A DNA stretch of 64,000 nucleotides from an uncultured Clostridium sp. (GTDB lineage: Bacteria; Bacillota; Clostridia; Ch29): assembly GCA_964625335.1 (NCBI GenBank), contig CAZVBE010000011.1:692-64691 (forward strand). The letters are read 5' to 3'. Positions 10,457-19,211 of this stretch are shown here, piece after piece. Both the position numbers and the translations under genes were made by a program. Each line of letters starts with the position of its first letter. Position 1 is the first letter of the stretch. The notes beneath the pieces were generated by a model. It was not told where the DNA came from. It was given only the letters and a program-made list of their open reading frames with translations, and did not search any database.

Positions 10457-11176
10457 ATGAAAAGCGGATACATAGTAATAGCGCTTGTTATAGCATTAGT
10501 AATAGCCTTGGCATATGTTTATATGAACCCTGCCGAAAATGGGGAAACCGGAGAAAACGGTAACGGATTACAGACCCCCCCGGAAGACCAAAACGACAGG
10601 GTTTCCCAGCAATTGGTTGAGATTTTTCCCGGAAGAACAGGTTACGAATGGTATTATTCAGGGTTTGCGGAATACAGCCATCACATGAGGCTGGATAATA
10701 TCTCGGGAAATACCGACACCCAGGAAATCCTGGTTTACGAGGTGTCCGGAGAGGTAGACGACCCTTCGGGCGGGGAAGGGCCGGGGGATTTCGGCCTTGA
10801 ACTGGAATACAGAATAACCTCGGACACTGTGACCGAGAGGATAATCCGCGGGGAAAAGCTTATCCATGTATTCGAGGAACTGCAGCTGTTAAGGCTGCCC
10901 CTTGAGGCCGGCAGCAGGTGGGAGCAGACGGTAAAAAGCGGCGAAGGGGAAGCTGACCTTACGGCCGAGATACTGTCGGCAGAAGCCGAGGAAGAGGAAG
11001 GCCCCATTGTCTACAGAGTGAGGTACACCGTTCCTATGGAGAATATGCCCGACGGGATTTACGTTGAGGAACGCGCATTTACCGAAGGGGTGGGTGTGAC
11101 TTACTATGCAAGGACCCTGGGCGAAGAGTACGATTTTATGTTTGAATATTTTATATTTGACCCTGACAAACAATGA
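10457..11176 (+). CDS. Hypothetical membrane-anchored acidic protein
   Basis: It has an N-terminal TM helix (IVIALVIALVIALAYVY), the remainder is acidic, and an RBS is present. It is transcribed divergently from the giant operon. Confidence 0.45.
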   Translation: MKSGYIVIALVIALVIALAYVYMNPAENGETGENGNGLQTPPEDQNDRVSQQLVEIFPGRTGYEWYYSGFAEYSHHMRLDNISGNTDTQEILVYEVSGEVDDPSGGEGPGDFGLELEYRITSDTVTERIIRGEKLIHVFEELQLLRLPLEAGSRWEQTVKSGEGEADLTAEILSAEAEEEEGPIVYRVRYTVPMENMPDGIYVEERAFTEGVGVTYYARTLGEEYDFMFEYFIFDPDKQ

Positions 11177-11238
11177 CATTACAAATAATGATATTGATTA
11201 TGACCGCGAAAACGGTTATAATAGTAGCACAATAAGAT

Positions 11239-11312
11239 GCGGATATAGCTCAGTGGCAGAGCACCGGCTTCCCAAGCCGGTAATGCGGGTTCGATTCCCG
11301 TTATCCGCTCCA
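11239..11312 (+). tRNA. tRNA-Gly (anticodon CCC)
   Basis: The cloverleaf was folded by hand. The anticodon stem CCGGC/GCCGG closes loop TTCCCAA, the T-arm is GGGTTCGATTCCC, and the 3' end is CCA. Confidence 0.8.
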
Positions 11313-11318
11313 TCTTTC

Positions 11319-11396
11319 GGGGCGATAGCTCAGTTGGGAGAGCGCTACCTTGACATGGTAGAGGTTTCGCAGGTTCGATCCCTGTTCGCCCCACCA
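11319..11396 (+). tRNA. tRNA-Val (anticodon GAC)
   Basis: The acceptor stem is GGGGCGA/TCGCCCC. The anticodon stem CTACC/GGTAG closes loop TTGACAT, the T-arm is AGGTTCGATCC, and CCA is encoded. It lies 6 nt after tRNA-Gly. Confidence 0.8.
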
Positions 11397-11526
11397 CATT
11401 CAGCTGTCATTGCAATAGGGAGAGGTTCTTCCCTGTTGCATTATTTTTTTTGATAAATTACATATTTTTCTAAAGGATTTCCCGGATCTTTGTTTAATTT
11501 TATAGTGTGGAACTTTTTTTCTTGCT

Positions 11527-12546
11527 TTGCTTAATTTTCTTCCGGAGGTAAAAATGAAGAAGGCAATTACCAAAACACAGGAAAACCATATAACCGTTGT
11601 GTTGATTTCTGACCCCGATAAGGGTGTGAAAAAAATACGTATCAGCAAAGTGCTTTTGAAATGCACCGCGCTGGTTGCAGCGGTATTTTTAACATATAGC
11701 GTTGCCCTGTCAACGGGTTACTTGTATTTGGACCAAAACCATAAAATCGCCCTTGACAGGATTGAATACCTGGAAAACGACAACGAGAGGCAGAGCATAG
11801 AAATAGCAGGCCTATATAATTATAGCGATACGGTAAAGAAAAAGATGGAGAACCTTATAGAATTTGACGGCGAAGTCAGAAGCATGGTTGGCCTCACAAG
11901 CGACAGCGATAAGAGGCTGGAGGAGTTTCAGGGTACGCTTATAGCATCCAGGGGCGGTGTCCAAAGGTTTGCCGGGGACGGAAGTGCGGAGTTTGCCGGG
12001 GTCAGAGTGCAACAGCCGGTAATGATGAGTTCGGTCAATCAATTGCAGTTGGCGGATTCAGTGCATGTGTTATCCAGCCAGATGGATGTTCAGCAGGAAC
12101 AGTTGGATAAGCTGTTAACCGACGTAGATGCCAGGCTCAAATACCTTGAAGCCAGGCCTTCCTTCCTGCCGGTATCCGGGACAATCACTTCCAGGTTTGG
12201 GGGCAGGAGGCATCCCTTCAGCAGGGCATACGACTTCCATGAAGCCGTAGATATCGCCGCCAAATCGGGTACTTCTATAAGGGCACCGGGGAAGGGAGTT
12301 GTGACCTTTTCGGGAAGGAAGAGCGGATACGGGAATATGGTGGTAATAAATCACGGATACGGCATCATAACCCGTTATGCACATAACAGTACCAACCTGG
12401 TGAAGGTGGGCGACAGGGTTTCAAAGGGACAGGTGATTGCCAGGGTAGGCAGCACCGGGGTTAGCACCGGCCCCCACGTTCACTTTGAGGTAGAAGTGAA
12501 CGGAAAGGCAGTGGACCCGATTAAGTTTGTGAACAGCAGCTCGTAG
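11527..12546 (+). CDS. M23 family peptidoglycan DD-metalloendopeptidase (N-terminal TM + coiled coil)
   Basis: The C-terminal LytM/M23 motifs are HEAVDIAA, YGNMVVINHGYG and GSTGVSTGPHVHFEV. Confidence 0.85.
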   Translation: MLNFLPEVKMKKAITKTQENHITVVLISDPDKGVKKIRISKVLLKCTALVAAVFLTYSVALSTGYLYLDQNHKIALDRIEYLENDNERQSIEIAGLYNYSDTVKKKMENLIEFDGEVRSMVGLTSDSDKRLEEFQGTLIASRGGVQRFAGDGSAEFAGVRVQQPVMMSSVNQLQLADSVHVLSSQMDVQQEQLDKLLTDVDARLKYLEARPSFLPVSGTITSRFGGRRHPFSRAYDFHEAVDIAAKSGTSIRAPGKGVVTFSGRKSGYGNMVVINHGYGIITRYAHNSTNLVKVGDRVSKGQVIARVGSTGVSTGPHVHFEVEVNGKAVDPIKFVNSSS

Positions 12547-12577
12547 GGCTGATATGGTTATTATAGACAGAGAGCGT

Positions 12578-12610
12578 TGAGTTCCGTAATAAACGGAGCT
12601 CTTTTTATTT
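12578..12610 (+). terminator. Rho-independent terminator after M23 peptidase gene
   Basis: The hairpin is gagttccgtaataaacggagctc followed by TTTTTATTT. Confidence 0.55.
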
Positions 12611-12628
12611 GTGATTCCATTAATTTCC

Positions 12629-12657
12629 CTTGACAATTATGCATATATGTTGCATAA
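12629..12657 (+). promoter_or_regulatory. Sigma-70-like promoter of T-box leader
   Basis: TTGACA is followed by a 17-nt spacer and then CATAAT. Confidence 0.5.
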
Positions 12658-12664
12658 TTGTCTT

Positions 12665-12905
12665 TAAAATATCTTTTGGCAAAGGCAGCGAAGGGAAACA
12701 GTACGCGAGAGCTAATTTTCAGAGAGCCGGTGGCAGGTGTGAACCGGCATGCGGCCCGCCGGAATCCGTCCCGGAGCCTTAGAAGTGAAAATTAAGTAGT
12801 TTCTAACGGTTGACCCCGTTAAAGGTCATGAGTTGCCGGCAAGCTAAAATTAGGTGGTACCACGTGGGTAAATACCCCCGTCCTATAAGGGACGGGGTTT
12901 TTTTG
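12665..12905 (+). ncRNA. T-box riboswitch leader (probably Ser-responsive) upstream of serC-like/serA
   Basis: The conserved T-box sequence AAATTAGGTGGTACCACG is at 12846-12864. It is followed by the terminator hairpin cccccgtcctataagggacgggg plus TTTTTTT at 12876-12905. The leader is about 240 nt. Confidence 0.8.
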
Positions 12906-12979
12906 TCCCCGATTGATAAGTTTTCGGATCAGGGACATCCAGAATATATACTTTTATAAAAAGGAAGGAAGCGATTGTT

Positions 12980-14128
12980 TTGAACAAGAGACTTATGACA
13001 CCGGGACCCACTCCTTTGCCTCCACAGGTAATAGAGGCTTTGGGGCAGCAGGTTTTGCACCACAGGACGAAGGAATATGCCGAAGTTTTTGAAAGGCTTA
13101 ACAGCGGCCTTAAATATGTTTTTGCCACCGATTATACGGTGGCCACCCTTACCGCCTCGGGCACCGGTGGAATGGAAGCCGCTGTCACCAACTGCTTTTG
13201 TCCGGGGGACAGGGTACTCCTTGTATCTTCAGGGGTGTTTTCGGAAAGGTTTTATGACATATGCCGGTGCATGGAACTTAAGGTGGAAAAGCTGGAAGTT
13301 CCGTGGGGGAAGGGCATTGGTGCACAGGAAGTGATGGCGCGGCTTGATAACGGCATAAAGGGGGTTATCGTCACCCATAATGAGACCTCAACCGCTGCCT
13401 GCAACGATATTGAGTCCATAGGCAAAGCCCTTGAGGGGACGGATGTTTTGTATATAGTGGATGCCGTCAGCTCCCTTGGGGGCATGGAGGTAAGGCCTGA
13501 AAAGTGGGGGATAGACATTGCGGTTACTTCCTCCCAGAAGGCTCTCATGTGCCCTCCCGGGCTTACCTTTCTGTCAATAAGCTCCAGGGCGATGGAAGCG
13601 GCGCGCAGAAACAAATCCCGCCGTCACTACTGGGACCTGTGCAAGGTGGTGGACTTTATGGGCAAACAACCTCCCCAGCACCCCTTTACCCCTGCGGTAA
13701 ACTTAGTCAGGGCTTCTCTTGAGGCGATTACGCTGATACAAAGGGAAGGGCTGGAAAACGTCTGGCGCAGGCATAGAAGGATGGGACATATGACCAGGAC
13801 GGGGGTTAAGGCGATGGGCCTTGGGCTGTTTGCCGGGGAAGGCAGCGCATCAGATACATTAACGGCGGTTAATGTTCCCGACGGTATAAATGCAGGCGAT
13901 ATTGTAAAGCGTATGGAGCAGGATTTCGGACTGGTTATTGCAGGGGGCAACAAAAACCTTAAGGGCAGGATAATAAGGATAGCCCATATGGGCTATATAT
14001 CCGAAAGGGATGTCCTGGATACCCTGCAGGGCCTTGAGCAGATTCTTATTGATTTGGGCTGTCCTGTCAATAGGGGCAGGGCATACACGGCGGCTAAACA
14101 AATAATTGACACAGGGGGCACAGTATAA
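12980..14128 (+). CDS. Class V aminotransferase (alanine-glyoxylate/serine-pyruvate aminotransferase family; likely phosphoserine aminotransferase role)
   Basis: It has the PLP-dependent class V fold and motifs, with the Schiff-base lysine region SSQKALMCPPG. It is directly followed by serA and preceded by a T-box. Confidence 0.8.
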   Translation: MNKRLMTPGPTPLPPQVIEALGQQVLHHRTKEYAEVFERLNSGLKYVFATDYTVATLTASGTGGMEAAVTNCFCPGDRVLLVSSGVFSERFYDICRCMELKVEKLEVPWGKGIGAQEVMARLDNGIKGVIVTHNETSTAACNDIESIGKALEGTDVLYIVDAVSSLGGMEVRPEKWGIDIAVTSSQKALMCPPGLTFLSISSRAMEAARRNKSRRHYWDLCKVVDFMGKQPPQHPFTPAVNLVRASLEAITLIQREGLENVWRRHRRMGHMTRTGVKAMGLGLFAGEGSASDTLTAVNVPDGINAGDIVKRMEQDFGLVIAGGNKNLKGRIIRIAHMGYISERDVLDTLQGLEQILIDLGCPVNRGRAYTAAKQIIDTGGTV

Positions 14129-15705
14129 TGAGGGTAATAGTAACTGAAAGGATTGCACAGACCGGAATAGATATACTCAAGAAAAAGGCGGATGTGGATG
14201 TAAGGCTTAAGATTGGAAGAGATGAACTGTTAAAAATAATAGAGGAATACCAGGGTATTATCGTGCGAAGTGCCACCATGGTGGACAGCGAACTGCTTGC
14301 AGCGGCCAAAAACCTGAAGGTTGTCGGCAGGGCGGGTAACGGTATAGACAATATAGACCTGGATGCGGCTACCCAGGCGGGGGTGGTTGTTGTTAATACT
14401 GCAGAAAGCAATTCGGTTTCCGCCGCAGAGCATACCATAGGCATGATGCTTGCGTCCTGTCGCAACACATGCAGCGCGAACCAGTATATTAAGTCGGGCA
14501 ACTGGGACCGCAGCCCGTTCAAAGGAAACGAACTGTACGGCAAGACGGTTGGCATAATAGGCCTTGGCAGGATTGGCGGACTGGTGGCTTCCAGGCTCCA
14601 GGCCTTTAATATGAAAACAATCGCCTATGACCCGTACATTCCCGGAGGCAGGTTTGAGCTTCTTGGGGTTGAAAAGATGGAAAAGCTGGAGGACTTGCTG
14701 GCCCGGGCGGATATAATTACCGTCCATACTCCCAAGACCGAGGAAACCATAGGTATGCTGGGGGATAAGGAATTTGAAATTATGAAGGACGGGGTGAGAC
14801 TTGTCAATTGCGCCAGGGGCGGCATTATCGGGGAAAAGGCGCTGCACAGGGCTCTTGAAAGCGGCAAGGCGGCCAGCGCAGCCCTTGATGTATTCGAACA
14901 GGAGCCCTGCCCGGACAATCCGCTGTTTAGCTTTGACAATACCGTTGTAACTCCCCATCTGGGTGCCGATACCTTGGAAGCACAGAACAAGGTGGGTATA
15001 AACATTGCAAACCAGGTGCTGGATGCCCTTGAGGGCAAGCTTGTTACAAACGCAGTCAATATGCCAAGCCTTCCGGACAAGGATATGGAATACTTGAAGC
15101 CTTACCTGCTGCTGGCGGAAAAGCTGGGCAGGCTTTACTACCAGCTGGAGAAAAGGCCCATAAGCAAAGTTGAGATTAAATACCGCGGCGGGATTGTGGA
15201 GCATAAGACAGGTCCCTTAACCCTTGCCTATCTTAAGGGCCTGCTTGAGCCGGTGGTAAAGGAAAGGGTTAACTATGTCAATGCAAAGCACCTGGCCAAG
15301 AGCAGGGGTATAAACGTGCTGGAGAGCCTGGACAGTAGCGCCAGCGAATATACAGACCTTATAGAGGTTAAGGTAAGCAACGGTCACAGCACCTTTACCA
15401 TGGCGGGGACTCTTTTCGGCATGAGGGAGCCCCGGATAGTGGAACTCAACGGTTATAAAATTGACATGGAACCGGCACCATACATGCTTCTAATAAGGAA
15501 CGAGGACAAGCCGGGGGTTATCGGCAGTATAGGTACCATTATGGGCGTAAGCAAAATAAACATTGCCACAATGAGGGTAAGCAGGAACTCAAAGGGAGGT
15601 AAGGCTCTTATGGTGCTGAATGTGGACGGTTTGGTGCCCAAGGATGTAATAGGCATGGTAAAGAAGGTGGATGGCATAACCGAAGTAAACTTTATAAAGC
15701 TGTAG
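14128..15705 (+). CDS. serA: D-3-phosphoglycerate dehydrogenase (with C-terminal ASB/ACT domains)
   Basis: It has the 2-hydroxyacid dehydrogenase NAD-binding motif GIIGLGRIGG and a catalytic His region. At 525 aa it has the long-form ACT tail. Confidence 0.9.
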   Translation: MRVIVTERIAQTGIDILKKKADVDVRLKIGRDELLKIIEEYQGIIVRSATMVDSELLAAAKNLKVVGRAGNGIDNIDLDAATQAGVVVVNTAESNSVSAAEHTIGMMLASCRNTCSANQYIKSGNWDRSPFKGNELYGKTVGIIGLGRIGGLVASRLQAFNMKTIAYDPYIPGGRFELLGVEKMEKLEDLLARADIITVHTPKTEETIGMLGDKEFEIMKDGVRLVNCARGGIIGEKALHRALESGKAASAALDVFEQEPCPDNPLFSFDNTVVTPHLGADTLEAQNKVGINIANQVLDALEGKLVTNAVNMPSLPDKDMEYLKPYLLLAEKLGRLYYQLEKRPISKVEIKYRGGIVEHKTGPLTLAYLKGLLEPVVKERVNYVNAKHLAKSRGINVLESLDSSASEYTDLIEVKVSNGHSTFTMAGTLFGMREPRIVELNGYKIDMEPAPYMLLIRNEDKPGVIGSIGTIMGVSKINIATMRVSRNSKGGKALMVLNVDGLVPKDVIGMVKKVDGITEVNFIKL

Positions 15706-15784
15706 TATATCTGGTATAATATAGTTGGATAAGCCGGATGAATGTATAATTTCAAGTATATGACTTTATAAAGAGGCGATAGGT

Positions 15785-16816
15785 ATGAAGGTCAGCGAAA
15801 TATATGACGGAGATTATGCCATAGTAGACGTGAGGTCGCCGGGTGAGTTCCAAAAAGGTTCGATACCCGGTGCCGTGAACATACCACTTTTTGACGATGA
15901 AGAGAGGGATTTAATTGGTACCCTGTACAAAAAAGAAGGTACAAGACAGGCAAAGAAACGGGGTATTGAAGTGGTATCGGCGAAGCTGGCGGATATCTAC
16001 GGGAAAATAGATTCAGAGGAGGAAAAGGGGAAGGAGATAGTGGTGTTCTGCTCAAGGGGAGGCATGCGGAGCGGGTCGATTGTCCGGCTGCTTGATTCCC
16101 TGGGGCACAGGGTGCATCAGCTTGAGGGCGGGTACAAGGAATACAGAAGATACGTTCTTGATAACCTGAATGCCTTGATTGATTCGAAAAAGGTTGTGGT
16201 TATCCACGGCAACACCGGAACGGGCAAGACAGAGCTGCTCAAAATATTGCGGGGGCAGGGCTTCCCGTCGGTGGACCTGGAGGATATGGCCAACAGCCGG
16301 GGCTCAATCTTTGGCACGGTTGGGCTTGGCCGGCCCCGGTATCAGAAGGCTTTTGAAGCATTGCTCTTTGAAAGGATAAGGGAAATTGACGGGGAATATA
16401 TTATAGTGGAGTCCGAAAGCCCAAGGGTAGGAAGGGTATACCTGCCCAATGCCCTGGTGGATAAAATGAGAACGGGGATCCATATACTGGTGGAGTGCAA
16501 AATGCAGCAGAGAATAAAAAGAATAGTCGATGAATACATAAGTATACAAAGGGATGATGTTCTGGAGGAAATAAGGGACTCGATAAACAGGCTCAAGGGA
16601 GAACTGGGCAAAAAGAAGGCAGATATACTTCTTGTACTGCTGGAGCAAGGGAATTACGAAAAGATTGTAAGTATTCTGCTGGCAGAGCATTATGACCCCA
16701 AATACTATCATTCCGAGAAAAATTATGACTATGTTTTAAAACTTGGAAGCGACAATGTGGAAGAATGCGCAGGAACTATTGCGGAGTTTCTTAACAGCCG
16801 GTTCAAAAAACATTAG
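15785..16816 (+). CDS. mnmH: tRNA 2-selenouridine(34) synthase
   Basis: The N-terminal rhodanese domain carries the active Cys (VVFCSRGGMRSG). It is followed by the P-loop GNTGTGKT. Confidence 0.85.
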   Translation: MKVSEIYDGDYAIVDVRSPGEFQKGSIPGAVNIPLFDDEERDLIGTLYKKEGTRQAKKRGIEVVSAKLADIYGKIDSEEEKGKEIVVFCSRGGMRSGSIVRLLDSLGHRVHQLEGGYKEYRRYVLDNLNALIDSKKVVVIHGNTGTGKTELLKILRGQGFPSVDLEDMANSRGSIFGTVGLGRPRYQKAFEALLFERIREIDGEYIIVESESPRVGRVYLPNALVDKMRTGIHILVECKMQQRIKRIVDEYISIQRDDVLEEIRDSINRLKGELGKKKADILLVLLEQGNYEKIVSILLAEHYDPKYYHSEKNYDYVLKLGSDNVEECAGTIAEFLNSRFKKH

Positions 16817-16858
16817 GGACGGTTCTTTTTGTTTCTACTAAATGTTGGGGGGGTATTA

Positions 16859-17359
16859 ATGAAGGGAATAAGGTTTTTGACCAGAACAGCTCTGCTTTTG
16901 GCACTGACGGCAGCATTTCAGATGATAAGGCCTCTGCTCTCGCTTCCTCCGATGGCATCCAATTTTATCGTTGGCAGCCTTGTCAATGCATCACTGGCGG
17001 CGGCGTCTGTCCTGGTAGGGGCATGGAGCGGGATAGTTATCAGTATTTTAGCGCCAATAATAGCCCTTTTTCAGCAGCACATTGTTTTTCCCTGGCTTGT
17101 GCCCATTATAGCCGGAGGCAATGCCGTCTATGTGCTTATATACGGCTGGTGGTACAGAAAGAACAAGCCTGTCGGAATAGCCCTGGCTTCGGGGCTCAAA
17201 TTCCTGCTTCTTTATTTTTTGGTAAGTACAGCGGTAAACATACTGGTTGTACCGCAGCCTGCGGCCGGCACCCTAAGCTTTATGTTTGGCTGGCCCCAGT
17301 TTGTAACGGCGGTGGCAGGCGGATTGGCCGCCCTGCCGGTAATAAGGAGATTGGATTAA
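16859..17359 (+). CDS. Small polytopic membrane protein (ECF-transporter S-component-like?)
   Basis: It has about 5 TM helices and an RBS GGGGGG upstream of ATG 16859. A terminator hairpin (ccggctggtgccgg plus T9) lies at 17368-17392. Confidence 0.45.
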   Translation: MKGIRFLTRTALLLALTAAFQMIRPLLSLPPMASNFIVGSLVNASLAAASVLVGAWSGIVISILAPIIALFQQHIVFPWLVPIIAGGNAVYVLIYGWWYRKNKPVGIALASGLKFLLLYFLVSTAVNILVVPQPAAGTLSFMFGWPQFVTAVAGGLAALPVIRRLD

Positions 17360-17537
17360 CGGATTCCGGCTGGTGCCGGATTTTTTTTTGTTTTGGGGAG
17401 AGAATAAATATAGCTCCGGAGAGAGCTGCGGCGAATAGAAGCAGACGTTGGTTTATGCAGATAAGGGTTGATGCGGAGGTGGTAATATTACAAGAAAGAT
17501 CGCCATTCAAAAAGGACTGGAGAATATTACACAGGAA

Positions 17538-17753
17538 GTGGTAAGGCATGGCTATCAGGTTACCGATATTGACGATACGGGAGATACAATAGATGCAATT
17601 ATTTATTCGGCTTCCCTTGGCAATAACGATTACCGGGCGGATTCCACCGATATTGAAACCGGAGGCAACAATAAGTTTGTTGCCATGATAAATGCCGATG
17701 AGAAATCGGTGGAAGAGATAATTTCCATGCTTGGCAGTATAAGAGGGTATTGA
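17538..17753 (+). CDS. Small acidic hypothetical protein (GTG start)
   Basis: It is a 71-codon ORF with an in-frame stop at 17469 and no upstream ATG. The coding call is weak. Confidence 0.25.
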   Translation: MVRHGYQVTDIDDTGDTIDAIIYSASLGNNDYRADSTDIETGGNNKFVAMINADEKSVEEIISMLGSIRGY

Positions 17754-17849
17754 TGTGTTGGCAGCAAAATAATATAATAAAGCTGGTATGTATAACAGGT
17801 GTCTTGTGACGGATGCCGGCTGCCGATAGTTTAATATTATGAATGACAA

Positions 17850-18075
17850 TGGATTGCAGGTGCCCCGATGGGGAGAATAGGGAACCGGGTGGAAATCCCG
17901 GGCGGACCCGCCACTGTAATGCTGAGCCTAACCTGAATGATGCCACTGGGTTTTTGTGCCCGGGAAGGTCCGGGAAGGGGCGATGAAGCGGAAGCCAGGA
18001 GACCTGCCTGCGATACCCATGCCGGTGGGTGACGGTAAAGCTCACAGTTCTGTTGAACTGTGGGCTTTTTGCTGT
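17850..18075 (+). ncRNA. Cobalamin (B12) riboswitch
   Basis: Conserved elements are present: GGTGCCCCGATGGGGA...GGAAACCCGGG..., the B12 box GAAGCCAGGAGACCTGCC, and a terminator hairpin cacagttctgttgaactgtgggc plus TTTTT. It lies immediately upstream of cobT. Confidence 0.8.
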
Positions 18076-18113
18076 GCAGGGATACAAACCAAACAATATA
18101 AGGAGGTTATTGG

Positions 18114-19166
18114 TTGATGAAATTATTGGATAAGGTGAATAAGGGTATCAGACCGCCTGACCGGGACAAGATGAAAGAGGCAAGGGAAAGGGTGGATAAC
18201 CTGACAAAACCCCTGGGCAGCCTTGGAAGGCTGGAGGAAATCGCCGTACGGCTCTGTGGTATAACAGGCACTTTGGAACCCGAGATGAGCAAAAAAACGC
18301 TAATAGTTATGGCGGCGGATAACGGGGTTTACTGCGAAGGGGTTGCTGCCTATCCCCAGCAGGTGACCTCATTAATAGCCAGGGGCATGGTGGATGGGAC
18401 CGCAGGGGTGGCAGTGTTTGCACGGATGCTGGACGTCAACGTTAGGGTGATTGATATTGGCATGAAGGAGGCCTTTGGCTGTCAGGGTATAGTAAACAAA
18501 AAAATAAAGCCGGGCACCGCCAATATGGCAGAAGGCCCGGCCATGACAAGGAGTGAGGCGGTACAGGCAATACGAACGGGTATTGAGGCGGTATTTGAGG
18601 CGGCAGCTTCGGGAAGCCAAATAATAGCCACCGGGGAGGTGGGCATAGGGAATACAACCTCCAGCAGCGCAGTACTGGCTTCTCTGGAAGGACTGGACCC
18701 CGCCCAAACCACCGGAAGGGGAGCGGGCCTTGACCAAAGCGGCCTTGCCGGTAAAATTAAGGTGGTAGAAAGGGCCATCAGGGAAAACAGGCCGGACGCC
18801 GGTGACGCAATAGATGTCATCAGCAAGGTGGGCGGCCTTGACATAGCCGGCATGGCAGGCATTTACCTGGGAGCTGCATATATGAGAATACCTGTGGTAA
18901 TAGACGGTTTTATTTCATCGGTGGCTGCTCTGGCAGCGGCAAGGATTAATCCCCTTTCGACCGGATATATGTTTCCTTCCCATCTTTCCGCCGAAAAGGG
19001 CGGGAGTATTGTATTGGAGCGTCTGGGTCTAAAGCCCTACCTGGATTTGGATATGAGGCTGGGAGAGGGCAGCGGCGCCGTATTGGCCCTTTATATAATC
19101 GAAGCGGCGGCCAGGGCGATTACCCAAATGAAAACCTTCGACGAAATAGGAATAAAAAAGGTATAA
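18114..19166 (+). CDS. cobT: Nicotinate-nucleotide--dimethylbenzimidazole phosphoribosyltransferase
   Basis: CobT signature regions are present (LTKPLGSLGRLEE, EVGIGNTT, GGLDIAGMAG). Confidence 0.9.
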   Translation: MMKLLDKVNKGIRPPDRDKMKEARERVDNLTKPLGSLGRLEEIAVRLCGITGTLEPEMSKKTLIVMAADNGVYCEGVAAYPQQVTSLIARGMVDGTAGVAVFARMLDVNVRVIDIGMKEAFGCQGIVNKKIKPGTANMAEGPAMTRSEAVQAIRTGIEAVFEAAASGSQIIATGEVGIGNTTSSSAVLASLEGLDPAQTTGRGAGLDQSGLAGKIKVVERAIRENRPDAGDAIDVISKVGGLDIAGMAGIYLGAAYMRIPVVIDGFISSVAALAAARINPLSTGYMFPSHLSAEKGGSIVLERLGLKPYLDLDMRLGEGSGAVLALYIIEAAARAITQMKTFDEIGIKKV

Positions 19167-19211
19167 TAAATATAAGCATAGAAAATTTTATATGCAAAGG
19201 AAGGTGCAGAC

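Noticed and set aside
11179-11397. A 72-aa minus-strand ORF and a 115-aa plus-strand ORF spanning the tRNA-Gly/tRNA-Val locus.
   Set aside because: They overlap two well-folded tRNA genes and are artefacts of the six-frame scan.
14230-15204. A 324-aa ORF on the minus strand.
   Set aside because: It is entirely antisense to serA, which has strong conserved motifs. It is a typical shadow ORF in a coding region.
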